Notes: generated by a model from the sequence alone, not told the origin. Positions 13,763-32,866 are shown, counted from the first letter of the stretch. The stretch: DNA of 64,000 nt from the human T2T-CHM13v2.0 reference genome, Homo sapiens (GCF_009914755.1 NC_060930.1); one strand, 5' to 3'. Made by a program: numbers and translations.

Positions 13763-14992
13763 AACATACATAAAGTTAGTGTGTAAACAGAGCTAGAAAT
13801 AGTGTGTAAATCCAAGAGAACTGTGCCTGGCACAGATAATGCTGTTTTACAGATTACTTATTGTGGTTGCTGTTGATTCCACTTTATAGAAGACAAAGGG
13901 GAGCCACAGAGAAGTTCACGATGGGTTCAACAACACCCAGCTCCCGAGTGTGAAGCCAGGGTAGGAACCCAGGCCATCGACTCCTCTGCTGGTGTTCATT
14001 GACTCTGCTGAGAGGAAGTGGAGACTTGGATGAGGCAGACAAACTAGGACAAGTCTACAGGGGCCCATGGTGAAGACCAGGGTTTGGATGCTGCAACGGA
14101 ACCACCCCAGGTACGAAGGAATGATTCAGAGAAGAGCCAGATAGCTGAAATGTTAAAAACATGAGAAGACAGGATCTGGGACGGGGCTGTATAGGAGGTA
14201 GCAAAGTAAAGATTAGTCCAGTGTGATTTTAAAGAGGAAACAAAACAAAACAAACAAACAAAAAGGATGAAAGTAAGAACAAGTGGGTTGCAGAGGAATC
14301 AGTGAGAGTATGGAAAGTGAAAAGAAGATGGTATAGGTGAGCTGGTAACACACCTCGCAGACTCCGGATGCTGGTGCTGGCTCAAGGTAAAGTCTGTACC
14401 TCTGGAGATCCCGTCACCCCAGGGAAGACTGCACTTATCACGTCGTATTGTAGTTTCTTTGTATGCGTTGCTCTCTGTTACCAGACAATACCGTCTTTAA
14501 GAAAAAATACTGCAACTGTGTCTGTAGTACCTACTGTAGGGACCTGTTCATAAAACACACTCCCCTGTGTCTACTGAATGACTCTATGATCCTTTAAGCA
14601 CATACCTAGAAGTGAGGAAACATTCCAGATGGCGTTAGTAACTTACCCAAGTCAAGTCTGATGCATAATTGGGAAATGAAAGAGCCAGGCCTGCAGCCTC
14701 AGTTTTCTGGCTCTGAGCCCAATGCTCTATTTCAAACATCCCACCTTGGATTGTCCACCTCTCTGTGCTCACGACATAAGTAGACATGTTGGCAGAAGTG
14801 CCCAGCCAGTGTGCTTTTATCAGCATACTGATCAGTCTATACTCATTGGCATACTTACTGTACCACTGTCTATGGTCTGTAAAGTAGGTAGGGCTGTCTT
14901 CAATATCTTCAGTATCATTCATTCATTTTCAGTTCCTTCTAAATCTGTTAAACTCTATTTCCTCATACAAAATGCTTAAAATCATTTCAGTG

Positions 14993-15760
14993 TATGGCCA
15001 ACAAACATATGAAATAATGTTTAATATCACTAGTGATCAGGGAAAGGCAAGTCGAAACCACAATGCGATACCATCTTACTCCTGCAAGAGTGGCCATAAT
15101 AAAAAAATCGAAAACAGTAGATGTTGGTGTGGATGCGGTGATCAGGGAACACTTCTACACTGCTGGTGGGAATGTAAACCAGTACAGCCACTACAGAAAA
15201 TAGTGTGGAGATTCCTTAGAGAATCTAAAAGCAGAACTACCATTTGATCCAGAAATCCCACTACTGGGTATCTACCCAGAGGAAAAGAAGTCATTATACA
15301 GAAAAGATACTTGCACACGCAAGTTTATAGCAGCACAATTCACAATTGCAAAATCGTGGAACCAACCCACATGTCCACCAATCAATGAGTGGATAAAGAA
15401 ATCGTGGTATATGATGGAATACTGCTCAGCCATAAAAAGGAATGAATTAATGGCATTCACAGCAATCTGGATGGGATTGGAGACTATTATTCTAAGTGAA
15501 GTAACTCAGGGATGGAAAACCAAACATTGTATGTTCTTACTGATAGATGAGAGCTAAGCTATGAGGACACAAAGACATAAGCATGATACAATGGACTTCA
15601 GGGACGTAGGGGAAAGGGTGGGAGGGGAGTGAGGGATAAAATACAACATATATGGTGCAGTAGGTACTGCTTGAGTGTTGGGTGCACCAGGATCTCACAA
15701 ATCACCACTAACTAACTTACGTAAACAAATACCATCTGTACCCCAATAACTTATGGGAAA
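14993..15760 (+). mobile_element. 5'-truncated L1PB (L1PB1-like)
   Basis: ORF2 end plus 3'UTR; perfect 15-bp TSD aaaatcatttcagtg (14978-14992, 15761-15775). Confidence 0.92.
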
Positions 15761-16091
15761 AAAATCATTTCAGTGGAAGGCTGTCATCCTTTCTAATGTG
15801 TAATAACTTTACATTTTAAAGACTGAACATTTCTGATTTTTATTTGGATTTTTAATAGACTACGTTTTCTATCTAGAAAAGGAATACAATCAGCCAAGAA
15901 TGATCAGACTAATTTAAAAATCAATAGTGTTAACAGATTCTAATGTTAAAACATTTTTACATTGAGTTCTTTCTTAAATAACTTTGAAGACACACTTTTA
16001 ATAACACCTTAAATTGTCCTTTTTTGTGCTGAACAATCTTGGCATTCTTTCTATTTTTTGCTTCTTCTGAAAATAACTTCTAACAAACAGA

Positions 16092-16412
16092 TTTTTTTTT
16101 TTTTAAGGCAGGGTCTCACTCTGTTACAGCCCAGGCTGGAGTGCAGTGGCATGATCAAGGCTCGCTGCTGCCTCGAACTCCCAGACTCAAGTGATCCTCT
16201 TATGGCAGCCTCCTGAGTTGCTGAGACTACAGGCACACGCCACTACACCTAGCTAATTTTCTAGTTTTTTTTTTTTTTTTTTTTTTGTAGAGATGGGATC
16301 TCACTTATGCTGCCCAGGCTGGTCTCAAATTCTCAAATTCCTGGGCATAAATGATTCTCCTGCCTTGGACTCCCAAACACTGGGATTCCAGGCCTGAGCC
16401 ACTGCACCTGGC
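16092..16412 (-). mobile_element. AluJ
   Basis: Antisense Alu with J-type cctcgaactccc...ctcaagtgatcct. Confidence 0.92.
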
Positions 16413-16504
16413 TTTAAGCAGATGTGGTTGGAAGCCCATCACAGTTTTTAATAACGTATTTTCTATGCCAAGAAAAGACAAAACGGCAATGATTTAATAA
16501 GTTA

Positions 16505-16814
<310 letters not shown>

Positions 16815-16912
16815 TTAAAGGTGTTTTTTAATGTAATGGCTAAGAACTATTTTGTTTGGTCACTGCTAACAATGAAATGTGTTTCAAGACAAGATGAGCC
16901 AGAGATGTTCAC

Positions 16913-17081
16913 AGTAAGTCAGAATAATCAAAAAGGGAATTGTTCCCAGTGATATTTTTTCACTTGAACTCCAGTTCCCCTCCATAGTTTTCAATGAACA
17001 CTAAATGCCAATTTATATTAATTGGATGAGAACAGAAACTATCCTTTCAAACTGATCCTTCATTTAAAAAAAGGGGGACTT
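16913..17081 (-). pseudogene. Pseudo-exon E14
   Basis: ttcatcttttag| ... CT|GTGAAC. VPLFLNEGSV*KDSFCSHPININWHLVFIENYGGELEFK*KNITGNNSLFDYSDL; phase 1>2, matching E15. Confidence 0.65.
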
Positions 17082-17964
17082 CTAAAAGATGAATATTTGT
17101 GATTTAGCCTTTCAATTTATTTCACATTTCTTATGACTGATTTTCATTATGATCAAAAATATTATGCTGTGTAAAGATACTGAAAGGCCCCTTCTCTGGT
17201 TCCCAAAGGCAGGCAATACAATTACTGTGAAAGGTCAATTAGCCCCACACTAATTAGCCAGTGCAGGCCTGGGCCTTGTCACCTCCATGTCCCTCCCACC
17301 ACAGGCCTGAGACCTTTCTGCTGCTCATGAGGATCCTACACCAGAGGGGCTCCATAGGGGGCGGGAGGGGGGACCGCTCAGGAATCACTCGGTTTGGCTA
17401 CATGCCAGCAACTGCAGTAAGTGATTTAGTTTTGAAGAGCAGAGGACAGTGCTGTTTGAGCATGTAGGGTCGGGATTTCACTTCTCTGGGTTCCCTCTTT
17501 CATGAATACAAAGGATATCGGATCACCAAAGCTATGCCCATTAAACCCACTTTAAAATTGTGTTTTATATTGTCAACATTGCAAGAAATGCCTCAAGTAT
17601 CACTTCTTTTTTCATTAAGTATTATTTTATTACTAGTTGTGATAAATATTATGAACACTTTAAAATATATATATTTTATTTGACAGAATTAAATTAATGT
17701 TTTTAAAGCCATGGAATACGCTGTATAGAATTACTGGGGTCAGGGTTTGAGAGCTTAACAACACACGCTCTTGATGAAGCTGACCCGGAAACTCAGGCAC
17801 GTCGGGGAGGTCAGCACTACCCAACAGAACCACATGCGAGTTTATGCCACGCTTCCCAAATTCCAATGGTTGCGATTAACACTCAAAATCATATACCTCC
17901 GCGATTGCAAAACAACATCTGCGCAAGGTGTTTACTGTGGGATTATTTATAATAGAAAATTATG

Positions 17965-18278
17965 GGCTGGGTGCGGTGGCTCATGCTTGTAATCCCAGCA
18001 CTTTGGGAGGCTGAGGTGGGCAGATCACCCGAGGTCAGGGGTTCAAGACCAGCCTGGCACACGTGGCAAAACCTGGTCTCTACTAAAAATACAAAAATTA
18101 GCCGGGTGTGGTTGTGCGTGCCTGTAATCCCAGCTACAGGCTGGGAGGCTGAGGCAGGATACTCGTTTGAGCCGGGAGGCGGAGGTTGCAGTGAGCCTAG
18201 ATCGGGCCACTGCACTCCAGCCTGGGTGACAGAGTAAGCCTGTGTCTGAAAAAAAAAAAAAAAAAAAAGGAAAAAAAA
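17965..18278 (+). mobile_element. AluS
   Basis: Full-length with poly(A). Confidence 0.95.
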
Positions 18279-19404
18279 TTTTCAGAAACAAGTGAAATGC
18301 TTGACCATAGAAGACAAGTACAATCTGTGAAGAAAAAAGAAAACAAAGCAGAAAATAGAATATAGTAAGGGACTTTCTATGTCAAAAGCAAAGAAAATTA
18401 AGTACATACAAAAGTAGCTGTTTTTGTAAAAGGAAACGTAGAAAGGAAAATCGAAGTTAGTGAAAATGGTTACCTATGAGGGAGTAGGGAAATGGGTTAA
18501 AGGGATCGAATGGGAGCCATGTTTCCCTAACGTGACTATCTACAGTTTCAGGTGTGAGGCACAGAAAATGTTTCACAAAATCACAACAATACTTACTAAA
18601 TAAAAAGGAGAAAAAAAGCAAACTCTAAAACTGAAAATTACCAGAAACATATTGAGCTGACAATGTCAGTACATAAATAAAAGTAGTTCAAGTAACTTTT
18701 GGACACAGTGCTCTGTATATCCTTTAGTACAAAAAAAGGAACCCAAAAGAAATTTTGTACTTTATTTACTAAGTTGATTACTGGTATGATATAGGTGTAG
18801 GAATTCAGAAACTATTTGTATTTATGTTAAGATGAAAAATTACTAAACTTACTGATGTTTTTGGAAACCGAGTTTTTCACAGTGGCTGAAGAAGGTGAGA
18901 AGGAGCTTCATGATGTTGGAGTTGAAATAAAGGAAACAAAATGTACTTATGAATTTTTAAAAAATCCAATTCATTGAGGGGAAATTACTCACCTATCCAG
19001 AAGTTGCAGAATAATGAGACCCATGTATATCTATTCATCACCTTATTCAACAATTATCAACTTGAGTCCAACCTTGTTTTATCAGTATGAATTATCATGG
19101 ATAAATGATATTATCAATATCACTACCCACTTTCCCTTCCTATATTATTTTGAGGCAAATCTCAGATATCATATTATTTACTCAACAAAAATGATCCATA
19201 TGTATCTCTACGAAGGAGGAATTTTCCTATAAAACCTAACTAGAATACCATTAGAGGAACTGAAAAATTACAAATAAGCATTTAATGGCATCAAATATTT
19301 ATGTGTCCATAATTTTAATTTTTTCCAAATCTGTTTGAATCGAGATCCAAACAAGTCCATATTTTGGGACTGGAAGGAATGTATATTATATCTTCTTGTA
19401 ATTT

Positions 19405-19752
<348 letters not shown>

Positions 19753-20048
19753 TAAGACATAACTAATATATTGTAGTTCTCCCTTTTAAAGTGTATAATT
19801 CAGCAGTGTTTAGAATATTTGCAAGGTTGTGCAGCCATCAACACTCTCTAATTTCACAACATTTTCTCTTCAGTTGCTTTTACAAGTTCCCTCACCCATC
19901 TCTCTTCCTGTTTTTACAATTAAATTTGAAGAAAAATGGGTTAATCCATTGTAGAATTTCTCATAATCTAAATTTTGCCAGTTGCATATGGGTGGTATTA
20001 CTGAACAAGTTTCTACATTGTCCTTATTATAGAAAATGTTATATTTGT

Positions 20049-20448
<400 letters not shown>

Positions 20449-20685
20449 CTATGTGACTATGCCTGAGTCTGACTACATTTGGCTGTAGTGTATCTTCTTT
20501 ATGGAAGATACGCTAAAATTGTAAAATGGTGATCTTTTAATATTATCACTTCTTCTCAAACTATTAGATAACATATTTCTATCAAGATAAATTTTCCCTC
20601 AATAGCTATTTTGTTACTCAGAGATAAATTTTGTATAGGAAGGCAGAATAAATGCTCTATTATTTTCTTGGTTTATACATTTTCA

Positions 20686-21047
<362 letters not shown>

Positions 21048-21939
21048 CGAAATTACAGACACACACATATTAATGATGTCCATCGATTGTACTTATTATT
21101 TTGATTGGTGGTTATCTATAGCTAATTGGCACATCTTAGAATGGGATCCTGAACTGTGGCAGAGGCGCAAGAGTCTTTGGTAGCTTCCCTGCCATCCTGT
21201 ATGACAAGAGACTCCAGTCTGCTTTGAACACTTTTTGTTCTAGACCTGTAATAAATCATTTTGACAAATAAAAATGGCATTTAAAGATGACGATGTGGAT
21301 GGTTAGAGATACTCATTGCTAGTGGATTCATAAACGTCTGTCAGCTTTTTCAGTGACAAGAGGTATGTTTTGTTCGTTTTTTAAAGATAAAATACATCAC
21401 GAGTTCAATCTGATATTTCCCATTCAAACCGAGGAGTAGAGGGTTTTAAATAATCTCCTTCGTCTTCCATCTTAATCTTCTTTTCTCTTGTTCAAAATCG
21501 TGAAAATGAAATGATTAGATGTCACATAATTACTCATTATTTTAGACTACATTATATACACAATGTGAATGATACCATTAAATTGATTACTAATCATAGT
21601 TTAAGTTTTTCTGCTTGTAGTTCTTTTTGTCTTGGGATGTACCTCATTAAAGATGTATAGTCAAACTGCTGTATTCTAAAGTCACTTGGAATAATGTGGC
21701 TATGATTACAACTAAAGATACTTGCATTCATTTTTTTGACTTTATTTTTTATTCTTAGAACTTTCTATTTAAAATATTTAATTCTGTTTTATAATTATGG
21801 AAAATATTTTCAAGTTTCTAAAGTCAAACTTTAAAAACATAAAATTGTCAAAGATGTCTCACTTCTACTTTTGTCTGTTTAATATATTCACTATCTTTTT
21901 GTTTGTTTTTAGATTTCTGCTTTACCTCTAACAGAAGCT

Positions 21940-21976
21940 GGTGTGTGTGTGTGTCTGTGTGTGTGTGTGTGTGTGT
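21940..21976. repeat. (TG)n microsatellite
   Basis: Directly visible. Confidence 0.95.
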
Positions 21977-24296
21977 ATTTAAGCACCTCTCTTAGATAAT
22001 TGATAGCATGTTATATACTTTTTTCGCTTAATTTCCCCTACAATTAATTCTACAGTAGTATATACACATTTCCTTATTATTTTTCACAACCATACAGTAA
22101 CCTCACGTGTGGATAAATCATAGTTTATTCAACCAATACCCTATGTTCTATGACAAATGAGGTCCCACTGGCCAAGTTTGGGAAAATATAAATACAAAAA
22201 AGAATAGATTGATAACAGGTTATAATACATTAAAGAAAAAATCCATGAATATATGATAATATTAAAAAGTATACGTGTGAGGAGTAAGAAAGAGTTCTTC
22301 CATACAGAACAACAGAATAAATATGGCAAGAACTGTCGGCACAGACAATCATATTTTTGAAGGCACTGATATAATAATTAATTCACTCAAGGATCACCAG
22401 TAGAAGCTACAGCAAATGGATCCAAGATTGGTGGGAATCGGGATTTTGGCAGTTTCCAAGTATCTGCCCACAGATTCCCTAATAATTTCAAAAGAGGAGG
22501 GTTATTTCTGCAATGGGAGATTCGGCAGGCATCACTGTAACTAAGATTCACACGGGCATTGTCAGTTACAAAGGATTCAGCATTAACGACAACAAAGTTT
22601 AACCCAAATTTAGCAATGAGGAGACAATAAAACAAATCGAGGTTGCAGGATAATTCTGCAAACAACTGACCCTTACAATTCAAATTTTTGAAGGTGCAAA
22701 TTAGGTGTGTGTGAGAAGACTGTTCTATACTAAAGCAAAATAAAGATACATGATAACTGAATGTGATCTGTATATTTGACTAAACTTTTGGTCAGAATAA
22801 TTTAAAAAAATTATCCAAAGCATACAAACAACCTTTAAAACTCATCAGTAAATAAATAAACAAACATTAAAAAAGGGCCAAAGGCTTTAACAGATACCTC
22901 ACCAAAGAAGATACAGAGATGGCAAAGAAGTAGGCTCCACATCTTATGTCCTCAGGGAGCAGCAAATTAACGCAAGATACCACTACACACCAATTAGAAT
23001 AAATCCCAGAACAAAGGCAACACCAAATACTGGTGAGGACGTGGAATAACAGAACTCTCGTTCATTGCTACTGGGAATGCAAAACGGTATAGTCACTTTG
23101 GAAATCTGGTGGTTTCTTACAAAACTAAACATACTATAACCACACAATGCAGCAATACCTGGAGTATTTACCCAAAGGAGTTGAAAACTAAAATCATGTC
23201 CACACAAAAGCCTGCACACAGATGTTTACAGCAGCTTTATTCAGGATTGCCAAAATTCAATGCAACCAACATGTTCTTCATCAGGTGAATGGATAAAGTA
23301 TCAGACATACAGATCATGGAAAATTATTGAGCACTAAAGAGAAATGAAGTATCAAGCCAGGAAATGACATGGAGGAACCTTAAGTGCATATTACCAAGTG
23401 AAAGAACCAATTTGAAAAGGCTACATCTTGTATGATTCCAATTTGAAAAGGCCACATGTTGTATTATACGACATTCGGAAAAAGGCAACACTATAGAGAC
23501 ATTGAAAATATCAGTAGTTGCCAGGGACTGAGGGATGACGGAGGGATGAATAGAGACAGCACAGAGAATATTTAAGGCAGTGAAAATACTCAGGGTGATA
23601 CTATGTTGATGGATAAATATCATTATACATTTGTCCAGACCCACAGAGTGTACACCAAGAGTGTACCCTCATGTAAGCTATAAATGTGAAGTGATTACAA
23701 TGTGTCAATTTAGGTTTATCAGCTGCAAAAAATGTACCGCTCTGGTGGGGGATGTTGATAATGGAGAGGGTATGGGCACATTTGGGCAGGGAGTAGATGG
23801 GAAATACCTTCCTCTCTATGATGTGAACCTAAAACTGCTAAAAAATAAATAAATAAAGGCTTAAAAAAGCTATAAAGGACAATTTGGGAACAATTGGGAG
23901 GATCTTTGAATATGGACTACAAAAGAAATATCATTGTATCGATGTTAAATTCCTTGAAATTTACATCACACATTACAGCGGCTACACAGAAGATTGCCCT
24001 TTGCCTTTGTAGATATAGGCTGAAGTGTTTAGGAACAAAATGTCAGTCTATCTGCAATTATGTTTAGCTTCTTGAGAGACAGAGGAAAGGAAGGAGGGGA
24101 AGGTGTGAGTGAGGGAGACAAAGAAAGATAAAGCAAATGTGGCAAAGTGTTAACAGTTGGGGACTCTGGAGAAAGGTTGTACAGATATTTGCTATAAATA
24201 GATTTTTTAAAAAAATTTTTTAAAGGTTTGAATCTCCTAAAATATCTTCATACTCAGTCACTAAATGGAAAGTAACCACTGAAAATCAGAAATGTT

Positions 24297-26680
<2,384 letters not shown>

Positions 26681-26904
26681 GAAAATAAGAAATGCGGTAT
26701 TACTACAAAATTTTTAGGATGAAAAATTGTATGTATTTCATGCTATCTGTCATGAATTCAGCTATCTAACCTGCTATATCCTACACATAGCTTACAAACT
26801 GACCTAAGAAAGGAGGGAAAAATGAAAGCAAAATCCAAAGTTGCTTATAAAAAAGAAATCTTTGTTTTGGAATATGAGAAAGCTATTGTATAAATACAGA
26901 TTAC

Positions 26905-27034
26905 CAATATGGTTTAAATAGAAGAATTATAGTCAAATACCATAGCAAATGAGTTAAAATTTTGCAGCTCATTACAGTTTTGAGGTCTCTAAAGTGAATA
27001 AGCATAATACCCAAAATACTGACTTTGTAGAATC
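26905..27034 (-). pseudogene. Pseudo-exon E13
   Basis: ggattttag| ... G|GTAATC. ILQSQYFGYYAYSL*RPQNCNELQNFNSFAMVFDYNS/YLNHI; starts in phase 2, one-base deletion inferred. Confidence 0.65.
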
Positions 27035-27060
27035 CTAAAATCCAGTTATGCAGTCTACAG

Positions 27061-27397
27061 CAGCAGTCCTGAATCTTTTTGGCACCAGGGAGTGGTTTTG
27101 TGGAAGACAATATTTCCACAGATGAGGGCAATGGGGATGGGGTGTGGTTTGTGGATGAAACTGGTCCACCTCAGATCATCAGGCATTAGTTAGATTCTCG
27201 TAAGAAGCACACAGCCTAGATACCTCACACGTGCAGTTCACAATAGGGTTTGCACTCCTATGAGAATCTACTGCCACTGCTGATCAGACAGGAGCTCCAG
27301 CGTCATGCTCATCTGCCCATACTCACCCCCTGCTGTGCAGCCCAGGTCCTCACAGGCCACAGACAGGTTCTGGCGCCACGGGGGTTGGAGACCCCTG
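27061..27397 (+). mobile_element. MER1B (hAT-Charlie)
   Basis: cagcagtcc...ttttggcaccaggga...ggggttggagacccctg; degenerate 8-bp TSD gtctacag/gtatagag. Confidence 0.9.
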
Positions 27398-28796
27398 GTA
27401 TAGAGCAACGCATGGGCAAAAGCACTGCATGAGTAATCAAGGTCAAAGGCAGAATTAATGGATGTTCTAATTTACTATGGAGGCAACATAGCAAAACCTC
27501 TTAAACATTTTACAACAAAGATCCTGTCCATATTACAGTCTTCAAACAGATATGGACTTCCATACAAGAAGAGTATATTAAAAAAAAAATCCACACCCTC
27601 TCAGATGTTCACTCAAAGTGATAAAAATGGAAACAATGGAATCACATCTGCTAAAATCCATATTAGAAAGTATACAAATAAAAGTGCTTATGATAAACAG
27701 CTAATGAGAATAAATGGATACACTATTAAGCTATCTTGGCAGAATTTATCAATGTCTTAGATGTACATGCAGAAATTCTCACATATGTCCTCAAAAACAC
27801 ATGTACATGGATGTCCTTTGCAACCACAGTAAAAACCATGGCAACAATCTAAACAGTCATCAATATTGGGCTGGCTGCCATTCATACATACAATTGGTAA
27901 ACATTTGTTATAACTCTAGAAGTACACGGAAAAGAAGGCGGTCTATTTTTTAAATAAAATCAGCAAGTTGCAGAATAGCATGCACTATTATTATTAGCCC
28001 ATTTGTCTGTATGTTGTATATCACTCTGTATATGCATTAACTTATTGGGTACACATAGCAAATTTTGATTAACTCTGAAGAATGGGATTAAGTGATGGAA
28101 GAGAGGAATTTGAATGTTTCTGAAATTTTAAAAAGTCTAAGCACACATTACTTTGATAATTTTAAAAAGACACCTGGGAAATTATTTGCAAGTAAAATAC
28201 TCATTTAATTCCTGATAAGCTTTCCTTTCTTTCTTTCTCTCTCTCTTTTTTTTTTTTGACAGAAAAGATAATGACAGTAAATGCTTTACTTAGAATAGAA
28301 TGGAATTTTTTTTCTACTTTTCTGTCAATGTCTTTATGGATGATGTTGCCATCTTCATTTTGTCACTGTTAGTTGTAACTTCTTTCTGACCTATGTTTTA
28401 CCCTTTCTGGCTACAAGCTCATTTTACACACAGTTATTTATATGAACAGTTGGGAGCCACTCACTCACCTCTCTTTTGAGAAAAGAAAAATATATTTGTG
28501 CTTTCTAACTTTTATTATCTTTATGCCAATAAGTCTTTTTATTTTCACCTAAGATTTGTGTCCATTTTTGGAATGGCAGAGATGCTGGAAATCATATTTC
28601 AATCCAACTGAAATGTACGTGTGAGTGTGTGTGTTTGTATGTATGCATGGTTTTATGTCTTTAGAATTCTTTGTGAGTGCTCCAGTAAATCTGGTGCCTT
28701 CTGAGACGACAAGAGAGGATTAAGGAAATGGTATGAGTTTTTTGTAACTATCTCAATGAAAAAGTAGAGAAGCATAGAGTGAAAAAATCCTTAGAA

Positions 28797-29050
28797 CAGT
28801 CTTGCTCTGTCGCCCAGGCTGGAGTGCAGTAGCACGATCTCGGCTCACTGCAACCTCCGCCTCCCAGATTAAAGCAGTTCTCATGCCTCAATGTCTGAGT
28901 AGCTGGGATTGCAGGTATGCGCTATCACACCCAGCTAATTTTTGTATTTTTAGTAGAGACAGGGTTTCGCCATATTGGCCAGGCTGGTCTCGAACTCCTG
29001 ACCTCAAGTGATTCACCCACCTCAGCTTCCCAAAGTGCTGGGATTACAAG
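28797..29050 (-). mobile_element. AluS lacking its tail and 5' end
   Basis: Starts at agtcttgctctg, ends at gggattaca. Confidence 0.92.
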
Positions 29051-29426
29051 CAGGAATAAATGTTACTGTATTAAAAGTATTAGATCCTGACCCCTGCTTG
29101 ATGTGTTAAGCTCAGTGTCCTCTATCTGAAATAAAGATACACACTAGCGTGTTCTCCAGATTCACCTTAATTTTACCTGAACAATATTCTAAAATTTTCA
29201 AATTATAGCACAAACATACTAAGTACACATATAATTCACAAAAATTAAAAACATATATTTAGCCAAAAGTAAATAAAATAAAATCAGTAAAATAAACAAA
29301 TCTGAGAACTTCATGAATGGCAACCACAGCCTAAATGCAAAGAAGGAATAAAACAGCTACTTCTTGGCTCTTGGGCTTTCATGGGCCCAGGATCCACTAA
29401 TGTAAGAGTAATTTCAGAGATTTTGA

Positions 29427-29768
<342 letters not shown>

Positions 29769-29850
29769 ATATTGTGTTATTTCATCTCACATCTTGACCT
29801 TGAACTTTGCCAGTTCTCCTATAAATAGCAATTCCACTGTAGTGACTTAC

Positions 29851-29981
29851 ATTTGAAGTTTGGGCAGTTTTTGATAAATATCCTTATTACTGGATTTTCT
29901 TTTCAAAATGAACAAGAATATTGGACAACTCAGGTCCTCCGTTTGAAGACATTCACAGCTGAGAATGATATTCGTATACAT
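29851..29981 (-). pseudogene. Pseudo-exon E12
   Basis: gtggcccag| ... AT|GTAAGT. Open: MYTNIILSCECLQTEDLSCPIFLFILKRKSSNKDIYQKLPKLQ; phase 0>2. Confidence 0.8.
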
Positions 29982-30077
29982 CTGGGCCACAGACTAGCAG
30001 TTCATCTAGTTAATCAGTTACTATGTAGCCAACCTCACAAGTTGCTATTTACTGCCAATATGCTGCACAGCTACAAG

Positions 30078-30410
30078 TGTTATGGGCTAAATTGTGTCCC
30101 CTCACAAGTCATACATTGAATTCCAAACCCCCAGTATCCCAAATGTGACTGTTTGGAGATAGGGCCTTTACAGAGGTAACCAAGTTAAAATGTCAGCATT
30201 AGGGTGGGTCTTATCTAACATGAATGGAATCCTTTTAAGATGAGATTCAGGTATAGACAGACACAGAAAACAGACCATGTGAAGGTACACGGAGAAGACA
30301 TCTGTAAGCCCAGGAGAGAGGCCACAGAAGGAATCAACCCTACTGACACTTTGACTTTGGAATTGTGAGAAAATAAACATATTATTTATTTAAGCCACCC
30401 AGTCTGTAGT
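30078..30410 (+). mobile_element. MLT1B-like MaLR LTR
   Basis: tgttatgggctaaattgtgtcccc...ggagatagggcctttacagaggtaa...taagccacccagtctgt. Confidence 0.85.
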
Positions 30411-31233
30411 GAAGGTTCATTTTATACAAGAATTATACAACATTTTACTGGTCCCTCTCGAATTCTATAGCAGCAGGCATGTATCAGGGATCTTCACAGA
30501 TATTTTGGAGATTTTTTTTTTTTTTTTTTTTTTTTTCCGAGAGGGCCTCTGGCATATACTCTTGACATAACATCTGGGCACCATGGGTAGTACCTCCTTT
30601 ATGACAGATACTTCATTTTAATTAGGGGATGACTGCATTATTTCAAGACAAAGCAGGTGTAGGTTATTATTGGGTGTTGTATCAAAGAAATAAAGAAATG
30701 TAGGATGACATGGGGTTATTCATTTCTGCATTGAAAATAAGGGGAAATAAGGAGTTATATAGTAGGATCTTCGCAATTACACTGAAACCAGTATAGTGCG
30801 TGCTTGTTGAATGAATGAATATCAGTAATAACTCTCAAGAACTGTATTAAGCACCATATTTACTAAATATCTTACATATTATTTGTAATCATCAAACCAC
30901 ACTGATAAATAAGTATTGTAGCAGAGACAGCTGGCACCTCATCGAAATCTGTTTCCTCCTCTTCCCCGACACCAGATGACCTGATTTCCCAAATTCCTTA
31001 ACATTTAGGGTTGGCTACACTGATTCCTTTTATCTGATGGGTATGACTAGAAGAGATGTGTGCCACTTTGAAGCCAAAGCATGTTCACAGAAGTTGTAGT
31101 GAACACAGACAGACAACAAACAGATAAATACACGACAAAATGGTTGATAAATGTGTGGCGGCGGGGGCATAGATGGAGAGATGGGCAAAATACAAGTTAG
31201 AGACAAACTCTCAACTGTAAGCTGGGAGCTCAC

Positions 31234-31427
31234 ATCCTATGGTTTCAACCACACAACCAAAGACTACAAAATGCAGCGTGGCAGCATAATCAAATTTACA
31301 TCATCAGGTTTTGGATTGTCAATAAACTTTCTAGAGATTACTCTGCACAGCCAAAATTTTAAAATGATATCAGATACAACAGCTAAAATTACTGGGTTGA
31401 AACTGGAAGCTTCCTTTTTAAACAGAG
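31234..31427 (-). pseudogene. Pseudo-exon E11
   Basis: ttttatacatttacag| ... GAT|GTGAGC. LFKKEASSFNPVILAVVSDIILKFWLCRVISRKFIDNPKPDDVNLIMLPRCIL*SLVVWLKP*D; phase 1>0. Confidence 0.8.
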
Positions 31428-32530
31428 CTGTAAATGTATAAAATGCCACATTAGGGCACAGGTTTTATCACGTTTATTTGCTAGCTAATTATTGAATCCA
31501 AAGCCTTTCCAAACTTGTTTTTGGATGTTCTTGTGTTTGTTTGTTTGTTTGTTTTTCCTAAATCTTTATAGCCGTGAGCCTTGATCTTCATGTTTTCTTT
31601 CTCAGAAATCAATCATTCCTTTGTGCTACATACCACCTCCTCCTTCCTGATAGTATGTAGGCCATCTTCAAACTCCCTACAACTTCACCAACATTTCCAA
31701 CTCATTTTCATACTTTTAAGCCCACTGGCATTATACATGCAATACTGACTCCAATAAAATTTATCATGTGGGATTAGCATAAGCAGAGGTGGCAAACTTC
31801 TCATTTGTTGCTCCCAAAAACAAAATGCTAGATCGCTCTCAAGTAAGAAGAAACTTGTATCACAGTGTGGTTTGGATGGTTGCTATGACAATATCGAGTT
31901 CTTCTTTGAGAAAGACCATGATAAGGCATTCATTAGGAACATAAGTACCTAGCAGTGAGGGTTGTTTTCTTTTTCATTTTTAAAATATCTGGCCAAGTAG
32001 CTGGCGTTTAAACAGATCAAGCATTTTACCTACATTCTCCAAACTTTAATTTCATAACGACTCCTTGAAATAAGATGATGGACAACAAAACTGGAGCTCA
32101 AAGAGATGCATAACTTACCTAAAGGGATATCACTGGATTTGCATCCAGGTTCATCTTGTAAAACCACGTTGAACTGCTTACCTTGACTGAATAAATCAGC
32201 AATGAGTACAGATATCTACTTTAATTAACACATCTAAATTGTGCTTCATTCTATAACCAAAGCAGTTAAAGGGTAGAATTTGGAAGCACTTAAGATGAAC
32301 CCTCCAATTCTTCTCTATTGTCTCCAAAGGCTGTCCCATCTAATGGTACAGATGTGTGAAACTCAGAAAAATGATAACAGATTACAGATGAGACGCAACG
32401 AAAGCTTCCAGCCAGGAAGGTGAGTGAGGCAGATAGACAAGCTCATGAATTTCCAGAGGAACATATCACAATTCTGATTTGTCTGTGAGGAAAAGACATG
32501 ATGTCTCCCTATAAAAATTCACTGCACATT

Positions 32531-32866
<336 letters not shown>

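Noticed and set aside
31264-31400. Resemblance of LKFWLCRVISRKFIDNP...LPRCI to an RGS22 segment, and of MYPMFI to the RGS YPRF motif
   Set aside because: These are short matches from memory only. Flanking exons do not match, and the region is predicted to be extracellular.
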